DNA of 64,000 nt. It comes from Fimicolochytrium jonesii. Taxonomy: Eukaryota. The DNA lies in contig NW_026515693.1 of assembly GCF_025526975.1 (NCBI RefSeq), forward strand, positions 62,001-126,000. Direction: 5' to 3'. Both the position numbers and the translations under genes were made by a program. Positions 37,601 through 49,406 of the stretch are shown here, in pieces. How positions within the stretch are numbered: the stretch's first letter is position 1; the number at the start of each line of letters is the position of its first letter. The notes beneath the pieces are model-generated. The model worked only from the letters and a program-made list of their open reading frames with translations. It had not been told where the DNA came from and made no database searches.

Positions 37601-39125
37601 TTTTGCTCCAGGCGGCGCTCAAACAGTCGGTTATTGCACTGGATAGCCTGCTCCATCACCGCATCAATGGTGGCCGCAGGGGGCATTGTGAGCATCAGGG
37701 CTTTGACGTCTTCTTTGAGGCCATGGCGGAAGGTAGCAATTAGGGCCTGGTCGTTCCAGGAGACATCACATTGTAGCTGGCGGAACTCAGCGACGTAGTT
37801 GGTTGCTGCACGGGTTTGGCGAAGGTTCTGGAGCTTGTTTTCAGAGGTGCGGACCCTGTTGCTGTCTCCGTAGACCGATTGCATCTGACTGATAAACTAT
37901 TGAAGTCCTGAAGGCTGTGATCTTGGCGTTCAACTAGGGGTGCCATCCAGGCTTGCGCAGTGCCGGTGAGGCAGGTGCCAATAGTTTGGATCTTGATGAT
38001 GTCGCTGGGGTAGCGGTCGGGCTGGAGAGCAAACAACAACCGGATGTTGTTCAACCACCCACGGGAATTTGCTGCGGGTACCATCAAACTTCTCGGGCGA
38101 GCTGATTCTTGGCTCCAGGGCAGGGTTGGTGACTTGGGGACGGGTGTACGTATCGGCTTGAACCTGGGTGGCGATGCTCTGGGCAGCTTGTGCGTCGGCT
38201 TGGGCTTGCGCTAGGTTGGCCTGCAAGTTGGCATTTTGGCTTTGCAAGGCGGCAATGGCTTGGCACATATCGTTCCATTGCTCGGCGGTGAAAGGTACGT
38301 ATTCGGGTTGGGACATTGGGAAAAAGGTTTGTCGGATGCAGGGCTGGACGGGTTCTCAACTTCGCAGTGTTGGAGCAGATCAAACTGTTATGATCTCGAC
38401 GACAGAGGCGGAAGCGAAGAAGAGAAGACAGAGCAAGAGCGATAGGCGACAAGAGATTGTATTGGCAAAACAAGAAACAAGGACTGGAACAGTAGATGAG
38501 AAGAACTGGTGTTGATCTGCTGGGGAGGAAGGGAATGGACGAAGTGTTATGGACGACGCGTCCATACCATGCGCTTACCTCATGACAGCATCCCAACAGT
38601 CAGTCAATGTCAATTCCCTGCCAAAACCTGACATCTGCCAAACCTCGCAGCCGCACGCAGCCGCGCTACCCCACACCTGCCACTGCCTTCATTTCTCCAC
38701 GCAGCCGCACGTAGCCACACCTCCCAACACTCGGCGCTTACAAACCCTTCTCCATACTTCCCCACGTACCCGCCCACAGCCTCAGCGTAGCCACCCCATC
38801 CCCAGTCTTCTGTTTCTATGCTTCCCCACCCTTGGCGCTTCTCTTGGCTTCCCTCTCATTCCGTACCCTTCTGCTTCCCCACGCTTCCCCAGCCTTCCCA
38901 GAAAAACATAAATAGCCGCCTCCCCTGAGCTCCCCACTTCCTGATCCCCCAGCAGATCAACACCAGTTCTTCCTAGTCTTGTTCTAGTTCTTGTTTCGGT
39001 CTGAATACCATTACATGTCAACAACCTGCACCACAAGTCGCCTCTATTTCCCTCGGCTCCGCCCATTCATAACAGTTTGATCTGCTCAACAACCCCCAGC
39101 CGCTGTACCTCCACGCCAAATCACC

Positions 39126-40052
39126 ATGTCCGACGCCCTTCCCCTCACGGCCGAAGCCTGGCAAGCCATGTGCAATGCGATTGACGAACTTCGAGCGCAG
39201 AATACCACCCTACAGGCCGAACTAGCGCCAACCCAGACCACTGCCCCTGCCACCCACGCCCCCGAACCCAAAATCAGTCTCCCAGACAAATTTGATGGCA
39301 CCCGAAGCAAGTTCCGTGGGTTCCTCAACCAGATCCGGCTCATGTTCGCCCTCCAACCCAGGCGCTACCCCAACGATCAGACCAAGATACGAACTATTGG
39401 CACCTACCTCACTGGCACCGCCCAGGCCTGGCTGGCGCCCCTTGTCGAACAAGACCATCATTCCCTTACAAACCTGGATGATTTCATCCAGCAAATGCAA
39501 GCAGTCTTTGGAGACAGCGACAGGATCCGCACGTCCGAAAACAAGCTCCAGAACCTTCGACAAACCCGTGCAGCAACAGAGTATGTAGCTGAATTCCGAC
39601 AGCTGCAATGCGATGTGTCGTGGAATGACCAGGCATTGATTGCCACCTTCCGTCGCGGCCTCAAAGAAGACGTCAAGGACTTAATGCTCACGATGCCCCC
39701 TACTGCCTCAATCGACACCGTGATGGAACAGGCCATCCAATGTGACAACCGATTGTTTGAGCGCCGTCTAGAGCGAAGCAGGAACCGACAGCCATATGTG
39801 CCAGTTACCACTAGCCCCACCCTCATGAGCCCCGACAACCGCCCAGACGACCCTATGATCATTGACGCTGCTCGTCCGCGAGGACCCCTCACACCGCTAG
39901 AGCGCCAACACCGCATCACAAACAAACTTTGCCTCTACTGTGGTAAACCCGGCCACATAGCCAAACTCTGCCCGAACAAGATACGCACGGCGAATGTCGC
40001 GGTTAAGGAACCTGCACCCATCCAGGATTTTGCCCAAGTCCAGCTGCAGTAA
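39126..40052 (+). CDS. Gag of element D (308 aa, CCHC zinc knuckle)
   Basis: PEPKISLPDKFDGTRSKFRGFLNQ, LRQTRAATEYVAEF, CLYCGKPGHIAKLC. Confidence 0.95.
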   Translation: MSDALPLTAEAWQAMCNAIDELRAQNTTLQAELAPTQTTAPATHAPEPKISLPDKFDGTRSKFRGFLNQIRLMFALQPRRYPNDQTKIRTIGTYLTGTAQAWLAPLVEQDHHSLTNLDDFIQQMQAVFGDSDRIRTSENKLQNLRQTRAATEYVAEFRQLQCDVSWNDQALIATFRRGLKEDVKDLMLTMPPTASIDTVMEQAIQCDNRLFERRLERSRNRQPYVPVTTSPTLMSPDNRPDDPMIIDAARPRGPLTPLERQHRITNKLCLYCGKPGHIAKLCPNKIRTANVAVKEPAPIQDFAQVQLQ

Positions 40053-43000
40053 AGGCCGAGCAGCTGGGCAACACCTGTCCTGGGCCTTCTCACCACGCAA
40101 GTACTGCCAAGGGAGAAGCCACAAAACCTTGCTCCGATCCTGGCATCTCCAGCAACACCCTTCTCCTGACCACCAACAATGTCAATCTCCGATCTGAGAT
40201 ACCCTCACCCATGCGGATTATGGGCCCATCCTCACCATTCGAGTACCCTGTTACCCTGCAGATATCGGCCCAGCGAGCTCCAGTTCAGCTTTCAGCACTA
40301 CTTGACACCGGTGCGATGTCGTGCTTCATCGACGAAAGTTATGCCCGCAAGCACCGCATCCCACTTGTCAAGAAGGAGGACCCCATTGCGCTTGAACTGG
40401 TTGACGGACGTCCCAGCCATGCGGGCTCCATTACCCATCACACCCAACCTTTGGGCATGTGGGTCAACGACCATTTTGAGGAGGTGGTATTCCATGTGAC
40501 ATGTTCCCCGCATGCGCCAATCATCCTGGGGCTTCCCTGGTTTGAGCTCCATGATGTGGAGCTACACTGGAAGACTCGCACTCTTTGCGTCCGCTGCCAT
40601 TGCGGTTTTGGACAATACGCCTCCTGGGATGCCCTGCCAACAGAACCTAGCCCGAAGCCCTCAAGAACCCCTGAACCTCTGATCCGTATCCATCAAGACG
40701 AGATTTCAGTCTCCCTAGCCCAGACACCCAACACACTGGACCCAGCACCCACACCGATCCACGTATCGTTTATGAGCGCCCCAGCTTTCCGTGTGGCGGC
40801 AAGGCATGACCAGGCATTCATTGCCTACGCCAATCCGACCAAGTCAGATTCCCAAGCCCTGGCGACCACTCCTCCAAAAGATCCGAAGGCCATCATTCCT
40901 GAAGAATACCAAGATTTTGCGGACGTCTTCGCCAAGAAGAACGCGGATACCCTCCCAGAGCACCGACCCTACGACTGTCCCATCGATTTAGAAGAGGGCA
41001 AACAGCCACCGTTCGGCCCAATCTATAGTCTCAGCGAGCCTGAAATGCAGGCACTCTGTGACTACCTTGAAGAGAACCTAGCTAAGGGGTTCATCAAGCA
41101 CTCCAAGTCTCCCGCCGGTGCCCCAGTCCTCTTTGTCAAGAAAAAGGACGGTTCCCTCCGTCTGTGCGTCGACTATCGTGGACTCAACAATATCACCATC
41201 AAGAATCGCTATCCCTTGCCCTTGATTAACAGCATCATGGATCGTCTTCGAGGGGCACGCCGGCTCACCAAGATTGACCTCCGGGGAGCCTACAACCTTC
41301 TTCGGATCCGGCCAGGGGATGAATGGAAGACAGCGTTCCGATGTCGCTACGGCCTATTCGAGTATAATGTCATGCCGTTTGGGCTCACCAATGCCCCTGG
41401 AGTATTCCAACACCTCATGAACGACATATTCCGTGACATTCTCGACGTTTTTGTTGTGGTCTACCTTGACGACATTCTGATCTTCTCAAAAAACCCAGAA
41501 GACCACCCCAACCACGTCCGAGAGGTGCTCTCACGGCTCCGCCAGCACGGGCTGTATGCGAAACCGGAAAAATGCGAATTCAACCGTGACTCTGTTGAGT
41601 TCCTGGGGTTTATCATCTCCCAGCAAGGCATTTCCATGGACCCAAAGAAGACGGCTGCCATTACCGAATGGGAACCCCCGACGAATGTCAAAGGCATCCA
41701 GCGCTTCCTTGGTTTTGCCAACTTCTACCGGCGATTCATCAAAGGGTACTCTGCGATCGTTGCACCCCTGACCACGCTCACTCGCAAAGACTTGCCATTC
41801 AAATGGACCCACGCTGCACACCTAGCTTTTGAAACCCTCAAGAAAGCCTTCACCTCCGCACCTATCCTGACTCACCCCGACCCTGACAAGCCCTTCATTG
41901 TCGAATCCGATGCCTCCGACTTTGCCCTTGGCGCCGTCCTCCTTCAACCCGACGACACAGATCAACTCCACCCCGTGGCCTTTCACTCCCGCAAATTTAC
42001 TCCTGAGGAAATCAACTATGAGATCTACGACAAGGAACTCCTGGCTATCCAAGACTCATTTGCTCAATGGCGACACCACCTCATTGGTGCCCGCCACAAG
42101 GTCATCGTTTACTGTGACCACAAGAACCTCCAGTACTTCATGACTACCCGTACCCTCAACCGCCGCCAATCCCGCTGGTCAATCTTCTTTGCTGATTTTG
42201 ACTTTGTCATCACATACCGCCCTGGTACCCAGCAACACCAAGCTGACGCCCTCTCTCGTCGCTCTGAATACGAGCTAAGGGAGGGGGAAGAAGCATTCCG
42301 CTCCCAGGAAACCACGATCCTCACCCCTGACCATCTCCGCCTGGCCGCCACTTATCTGACCCCACTGGACTCCTCGCTCCTTGACCAAATCAAAGCTGCC
42401 CTGGCATCCGATGTGTTTGCGCAAACCATCCGGCGACAGCTTAGGGCCCCCATTGCCCAGCAATCTCAAGAAGACCAAGAACGGATAAAGCGATTCTCCG
42501 AGGAAAATGGGGTTCTGCTGTACGACAACCTTGTCTACGTCCCCACCAACAAGCTCCGTGCTGAGATCTGCCGGGACATGCATGACACGCGTTTGGCAGG
42601 ACACTACGGCATGTCAAAGACCCTGGAGCTCATCTCACGCAACTACTGGTGGCCTAGCCAGTGGCGTTTTGTCAAGTCCTACATCAGGTCCTGCGACGTA
42701 TGTGCTCAAGCCAAGACCAGCAGACACAAGCCCTACGGTCTCCTCCAACCCCTGCAGGTCCCTGACCGCCCCTGGGGGTCAATTTCCATGGACTTCATCA
42801 CAGATCTACCCACCAGTGATGGGGTTGATTCTGTGCTCGTTGTCATCTGCCGGTCCACCAAGATGGCGCACTTTGTACCGTGCAGGAAAACTGCCACCGC
42901 TGAGTCAACTGCAGATCTGATCTGGCACCATGTCATCCGGCTCCATGGACTCCCCGACGATATTGTATCTGACCGTGGCCCACAGTTCAACTCCCACTTC

Positions 43001-43880
43001 TGGAAACGTCTCTTCGCTCTCCTGGGAACCAAGGTCAACCTCTCATCGGCGTTCCATCCCCAGAGCGATGGACAAACCGAGCGGACCAATCAGATTCTTG
43101 AGCAATACCTTCGCTGCTTTTGCAACTATCAACAAGATAACTGGAAGGAACTCTTGTCTTCTGCTGAGTTCTCTTACAATAACACCATCCACTCCGCCAC
43201 CCAGACAACCCCCTTCTACGCCAACTATGGAGTTCCATCCTCGATTCAGTCTGGCTTCCGCCACCACAACCGAATCCCTTAATCCTGCAGCCAAAGCTCG
43301 TGCCAACCATCTCAAGGAAATCCATGAACAGCTTGCCACTGAGCTCAAGGAGGCCCAAGGACGCATGAAGCGCTTTGCCGATGCTAAGAGGGCACCTGGC
43401 CCAGACATGAAACCCGGGGACAGTGTCTGGCTCTTACAGCGGAATCTCAAGACTCTCCGACCTTCCCAGAAACTTGATCACCGTAAGATTGGCCCCTTCA
43501 CAATCACGGAGAAGATCAACTCGGTCGCATATCGCCTCAAGCTTCCCCCATCCTACAAAATTCACAACGTCTTCCATGTCTCCCTTCTTGAACCACGTTT
43601 CACCATTCCGGAGCGAACTGAGCCAGAACCCACCCCACCAGAAGAAGTCGAAGGACAGGAGGAATGGATTGTGGAAGACATTCTCGACTCCCGTATTTGA
43701 CGCACGCACCTTCAGTACCTCATCAAGTGGCAGGGTTGGCCAAGCTCGGAGAACACATGGGAGCCAGTGGAACACCTTGCCCGCTGTCAAGAGCTTGTTG
43801 CCCAGTTCCACCAAAAGTACCCCGACAAACCCCGACCAAAGCCTGCCAACATCAAAACAACATCCGGACGCCGTGGCTAA
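40031..43880 (+). pseudogene. Pol of element D: PR-RT-RH-IN-SH3-like-chromodomain, two late lesions
   Basis: -1 frame open from 40031 into ORF 40211-43282 (LLDTGA, YLDD, SDASD, ISMDFI, SDRGPQF, SDGQTER). Continues in ORF 42930-43700, then past a TGA into QYLIKWQGWPSSENTWEP. Confidence 0.93.
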
Positions 43881-44807
43881 AGGAGGGGGTGATGTTATAG
43901 ACGACGCGTCCATACCATGCGCTTACCTCATGACAGCATCCCAACAGTCAGTCAATGTCAATTCCCTGTCAAAACCTGACATCTGCCAAACCTCGCAGCC
44001 GCACGCAGCCGCGCTACCCCACACCTGCCACTGCCTTCATTTCTCCACGCAGCCGCACGTAGCCACACCTCCCAACACTCGGCGCTTACAAACCCTTCTC
44101 CATACTTCCCCACGTACCCGCCCACAGCCTCAGCGTAGCCACCCCATCCCCAGTCTTCTGTTTCTATGCTTCCCCACCCTTGGCGCTTCTCTTGGCTTCC
44201 CTCTCATTCCGTACCCTTCTGCTTCCCCACGCTTCCCCAGCCTTCCCAGAAAAACATAAATAGCCGCCTCCCCTGAGCTCCCCACTTCCTGATCCCCCAG
44301 CAGATCGACACCAGTTCTTCCTAGTCTTGTTCTAGTTCTTGTTTCGGTCTGAATACCATTACCTGTCAACAACCTGCACCACAAGTCGCCTCTATTTCCC
44401 TCGGCTCCGCCCATTCATAACACGAAGAGAGGCCGGCTATTTATAGATAGGCAACCCAGCAGATCAGAGAACAACAACAACAAGAGGGGAATGGGGGGGG
44501 CGCCAGCTATGCTCCTAGAGCGTGCATGGCGAGCGTAGAGAGCATTGTTACTGCTGCTGGCTATGGGGAAGTAGTGGGGGGTGTGGAGAAGCCGAGGGGG
44601 GACTGGCAAAATGAGAGGAGAGAGGAGGAGTGGCGATATTGCGGGAGGATTGGCGAAATGAGAGGAGAGAGGGGGAGTGGCATTGACATTGACATTGACA
44701 CTGACATTGACACTGACCTTGACATTGACATTGGCGTTTGACATTGGCGGTTGACATTGGCGGCTGTCAGTAGGTAAGCTTATGGTATGGGCGCCTCGTC
44801 CATAACA

Positions 44808-45408
44808 CGAGAGCGATGGGCAACAGGAGATTGTATTGGCAAAACAAGAGACAAGGACTAGAACAAGAGATGAGAAGAACTGGTGTTGATCTGCTAGGGA
44901 GGAAGGGAATGGACGAAGAGGGGGCGGCTATTTATAGATAAACAACTCAGCAGACCAAAGACAACAACAAGAGGGGACTGAGTGAGCGCCAGCTCTGCTC
45001 CCTAGCCTAGAGCGAGCGTAGCAGGCATAGAGAGCAAGCTACAGCTGCTGGCTGTGGAGAAGTACTGGGTGGATTGACAAATGGCCGGAGATTGGCTCAC
45101 AGATGGGTGGGGTAGAGGAGGAGCGGCGAATGGGGGATTGGCGAAATGAGAGGGGAGAGGAGGAGTGGCAATATTGCGGGAGGATTGGCCAAATGAGAGG
45201 AGAGAGGAGGAGTGGCGATATTGCGGGAGGATTGGCGAAATGAGAGGAGAGAGGGGGAGTGGCATTGACATTGGCATTGACATTGGCATTGACATTGACA
45301 TTGACATTGACATTGACATTGGCGTTTGACATTGGCGTTCGACATTGGCGTTTGACATTGGCGGCTGTCAGTAGGTAAGATTATGGTATGGGCGCGTCGT
45401 GCATAACA
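44808..45408 (-). mobile_element. LTR remnant of the C family lacking its first ~48 bp (plus-strand left end)
   Basis: Aligns with 32929-33419, has one extra 47-bp repeat unit and ends in CATAACA at 45408. Confidence 0.9.
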
Positions 45409-46581
45409 GCAATGAGCTTCTCTGCGCGAACCGTCTTATGCTGCGGCACCAGCGCAAGTCCAACTCGAGCGATCTTTGTTTGCTGGTCAGTGCTAACATT
45501 CGACATCTCCAGCTGGGCTGACATCCAGCGCTGGAGGTAGTTATCACGGCTATAACGGAAGCTCAGATCCATAAGAATAGAGACAAAGACATGGCGACGC
45601 TTTCTATCCATCGTTCCTGGTTGCCATTCGGGTTTGAGGCCCCCGAGCAACTTCATTTTTGCGTCAAACAGCCCATCGCACCTTATGTTCATATGGACAA
45701 TGAACTCCTCCATGTGTCCGACAGGGTGCTGAAGATGCCCATGATGATCCTTGAACGGGAGGAGGTTCAGAAGGCCGAGCCTCTGTTCATAACTTCGCTC
45801 CACACGCTGAGTAGCATCAACATCCATTGCGGGATCAGGAACATTGATCTGGGCGTCAATCTCCTCACCCACGGCATCTTCATCCGCAGTCTCCTCCTCG
45901 GCAGCGACAATGGCACCCCAGAATGCTCCCTCCACGGGATCATCAGCTGGCTTTGGCATCAACGTCTGAATAACACTGGCAGCCGATGTGGTCCGGGATC
46001 GGCGAGCTGAGGCGGTGGGGGCATCCAACACAAACTCAGGCTCAAGGTGGCGCTTGTATCGACGCATTTCTGAGATGGGCAGCGGGTCAAAACTACGTTG
46101 AGTGCGCACTGTGGGAGGGGGCCCGGCAGTGTAGCCAGGGGACCTGGGGGGAGGAGTGTCCCCGCCGGTGGGGTGAGGAGCGCCGTCACCGCTGGGGGGA
46201 GTGCCGTCGGAGTTTGTCAGCGCATCGCGAGGCCGGCCCAAAACAATCAGCCTCAAGTGAGTTGATAGTGCACCGCGCCGTTCGGACCTTGACCATGCAT
46301 TTCCGGCATCCATACAGCGGGACAGCATCCTCAAGTTCATTGGCCGGTGGTCGGAGGGAGAAGCCACCTTCTGAAGCTTTTAGCCAGGAGCGTACCTCTG
46401 GGCTCAATTCCATGTACTGTTGCCCAATAACTTTTGCAGCAGCACTGCGGCGACGAAGGGGAGGTTTTGTGCAGGGAGCATCTGTTACTCTATTCCATAT
46501 GTCACAGAACACATGAGTCTCCCGTTCCTTTGCCGCTGCGGTACGCAGCTCTGAGAGTTGTTTACGGGTTTGACGACGCAT
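45409..46581 (-). pseudogene. Frameshifted, LTR-truncated gene of unknown function, possibly a DNA-transposase N-terminal region
   Basis: Overlapping ORFs 46186-46581 (Cys-rich) and 45381-46367. The latter reads into the LTR, so the natural C-terminus is missing. Confidence 0.45.
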
Positions 46582-47638
46582 CTAGAGAAGCCTTCCCCAA
46601 GTCAGTTTGAGAGTCCCCGGGCTGAAATTTTCCCCAACCCTTTGCCATACCTGATGGTTGGAGGGCCTGAATTTCAAGACGTGTCTGACGCTGTTGGCAA
46701 ACGTCTTGCTAGTAGCACGTTGTTTGGGGGTTGGCGCTTTCCAGGAGTTCTGCTTGGTAAAAGTCCGCGGTAAGTAATTACTTTGTCCAACAGACCAGCT
46801 AGTGTTGCTCCTCATACCTGTTTTAGTTATCCCACAAAGTCTCAGGTCAGTTGGGTGTGTGTGGTTTCGCCATTCCCCAAAGGAATGCTGAAAAAAGGAG
46901 CTGTGGAAAAAGCGTCGGCGGAGTTGTGTACTGCCCTCGCGACGGACCCGCGTCTGCCGAATGTGAGCGCTGAGCGCCTTCCTCCAATCCCCCTGCAATC
47001 CCCCAAGCGCTCCAAGCGTGGGCTTCCAGCATCACTTTATGGTCAGCCACTGCCTTCACCCTTCTTACGTTCATCCACACAACTACAGTACCAGTACGAC
47101 GGAAGATGATCATGATATGGCGGTCCTTCGTGCGCGGTCTTCCCACGGGCCTGCTCTGGTTGCTTTTCCCATTGCCATCTCGGTCATCCCAACTCCATTT
47201 CTGTCATTTGTTTCTCGAATCCATCAGCTCATTGCTTAGGCTTTCTTCAAGGACAAAGCAATGCCAGAGCATAATTGGATACGCATATCTTGTTGCAGGT
47301 CGTTGCAATTGTGTACAAACAGCACTTGGAGGAGAGCCATTAAAATCTTGCAGTCCCGGCTCACGTGTGATTTATTTGATGGGATCTTTGACTTCTTTGA
47401 TGCGATCTTTCGCGCGTGGCTCTCACTCACTTCACTTTCACTCGGACTCCACAATTCTCACGTTTCAGTCACAATTCTCCCAATAAAAGACGCCGAGAAC
47501 TCCCGACGGACTTCACCTCATCAGACTCGAAAACACGAAAAGTACATCAAAGGTGGGCTGTCGTGTAAAGTGTGAGTGAAATCCAACGCTAACTCGCGCT
47601 CTGTGTTTTATGTAGTTTTGATTCGATAGGACGTCAGA

Positions 47639-49090
47639 ATGAGTGTCCACGATAGATACCAATCCCCACTAACATCCCGCTATGCGTCTGCGGAGATGGC
47701 ATACAACTTCTCTGACGACAAGAAGTTTGGAACATGGCGGCGGCTTTGGATTACTCTCGCAAAGGCTGAAGCACAGCTTGGTCTCAAGGATGTGACGAAG
47801 GAAGCCATCGCCGAGATGGAGAAGGCCGCCCAGCAGCCTATCGATTACACTATGGCCGCCGCTGAGGAGAAGCGTAGGCGACACGATGTCATGGCCCACG
47901 TTCACACGTTCGGTGTCGCAGCGCCCACCGCTGCAGGCATCATTCATCTGGGTGCCACGTCGTGCTATGTCACTGACAACTCGGAGCTGATCATGATGCG
48001 CGATGGTTTGGATATTCTCCTCGGCAAGTTGGCCGCCGTAGTCCAGGAGCTGGCAAGCTTCGCTAAAGAGCATCGTGCTCTGCCCACCTTGGGTTTCACT
48101 CACTTCCAGCCGGCGCAATTGACGACGGTCGGTAAACGTGCTTGCCTGTGGCTGCAGGATCTGCTTCATGACCTGCGTAACATTCAAAGGGCTCGGGATG
48201 ACTTGAGGTTCCGCGGTGTGAAGGGCACTACGGGAACACAGGCTTCGTTCTTGGCCCTCTTCGACGGAGACCACGACAAGGTGGAACAGCTGGATGATCT
48301 CGTCACAGAGATGAGCGGTTTCCCTGCTGCTTACCCTGTCACCGGTCAGACCTACACCCGTAAGGTCGATCTCGACGTCTTGAACGCCCTCTCCTCATTC
48401 GGTGCGTCGGCGCACAAGATCGCAACCGACTTCCGTCTTTTGGCACACCTGAAAGAGCTCGAGGAGCCATTCGAGAAGGACCAGATTGGATCCTCGGCAA
48501 TGGCTTACAAGCGTAACCCCATGCGCTCCGAACGAGTTTGCTCCCTCGCCCGCCATCTCATGACGCTTGTCGGTAACACCCACGCCACCGCCGCGACGCA
48601 ATGGCTGGAGCGAACCCTCGACGACTCTGCCAACCGCCGCATCTCCATCCCCGAGGCCTTCCTGACCGCCGACATCATCATCTCCGTCCTTCACAACATC
48701 GTCACGGGCATCGTCGTCTACCCTTCCGTCATTGGACGCCGCATCGCACAAGAGCTGCCCTTCATGGCCACCGAGAACATCATCATGGCCATGGTCAAGG
48801 GTGGAGGTGACAGGCAGGAATGCCACGAACAGATCCGCGTGTTGTCCCACGAGGCAGCGCGCGAAGTCAAGGAGCACGGGCGTGAGAACGATCTCATCGA
48901 ACGTATCAAGAAGACCCCGTACTTTGCGCCCATCGTGTCTCGTCTGGATGAGTTGATGGACCCCTCCACCTTTGTCGGCCGTGCGCCGCAGCAGGTCGAC
49001 AAATTCCTCAAGGTTGACGTTGAGACGGCGCTTGAGAGGTATAAGGATCGCCTTGCCAAAGGTGTCAAGCAGTCGGAAGTCAATGTTTAG
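47639..49090 (+). CDS. ADE13: Adenylosuccinate lyase
   Basis: [41 protein letters not shown], signature [11 protein letters not shown]. Probable 5'-UTR intron ending at 47615 (GCTAAC branch point). Confidence 0.98.
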   Translation: MSVHDRYQSPLTSRYASAEMAYNFSDDKKFGTWRRLWITLAKAEAQLGLKDVTKEAIAEMEKAAQQPIDYTMAAAEEKRRRHDVMAHVHTFGVAAPTAAGIIHLGATSCYVTDNSELIMMRDGLDILLGKLAAVVQELASFAKEHRALPTLGFTHFQPAQLTTVGKRACLWLQDLLHDLRNIQRARDDLRFRGVKGTTGTQASFLALFDGDHDKVEQLDDLVTEMSGFPAAYPVTGQTYTRKVDLDVLNALSSFGASAHKIATDFRLLAHLKELEEPFEKDQIGSSAMAYKRNPMRSERVCSLARHLMTLVGNTHATAATQWLERTLDDSANRRISIPEAFLTADIIISVLHNIVTGIVVYPSVIGRRIAQELPFMATENIIMAMVKGGGDRQECHEQIRVLSHEAAREVKEHGRENDLIERIKKTPYFAPIVSRLDELMDPSTFVGRAPQQVDKFLKVDVETALERYKDRLAKGVKQSEVNV

Positions 49091-49406
49091 GTCTTGCTCT
49101 TGAGTGTTTAGGTCTTGCTCTTGCCCTTAGGCGTCTGTTACCCTGAACCATAGCCGTAGAGTCCGTAGAGAGCCTTTCAAAGTATCGCCTTTCGAATATT
49201 CATGATCATGACACATAAGCGTGCTAATGGGGGTTTTGAGGGAGGTTCACCTTGTCGCCGTCCTCCAACCCAAAATATCGCGGGCTCCAAACTCTAACGC
49301 CACTAAGTGCGAAAACGACTGTTTCCGTCAAAACCACTTTGAATTGCACCAACTCGTGCAGGGGTTAACTGTGCAGACACCACACCACGAGGGCAACCCT
49401 GCAAGC

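Larger units (their letters stand above)
38545..44422 (+). mobile_element. Young, nearly intact Ty3/Gypsy chromovirus 'D' (LTRs 38545-39074 and 43893-44422)
   Basis: Two 530-bp LTRs with about 4 differences by eye; TSD CGAAG (38540-38544, 44423-44427); PPT AAAGGAGGGGG; intact gag; pol with one frameshift (~43230) and one stop (43698-43700). Confidence 0.98.
32882..44807 (-). mobile_element. Ty3/Gypsy chromovirus 'C' (3' LTR 32882-33419; 5' LTR split into 38386-38544 and 44423-44807 by element D)
   Basis: TGTTATG...CATAACA termini; PPT AAAGAGAGGGGTGA; gag 38316..37318 with CLYCGGAGHIAKAC; RT YLDD; IN; chromodomain 33432-33779; many 1-bp frameshifts. Confidence 0.93.

Noticed and set aside
49084..49123. 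19-bp direct repeat spanning the ADE13 stop (a similar duplication at ~3710-3752)
   Set aside because: Simple local tandem duplication with no further structure.
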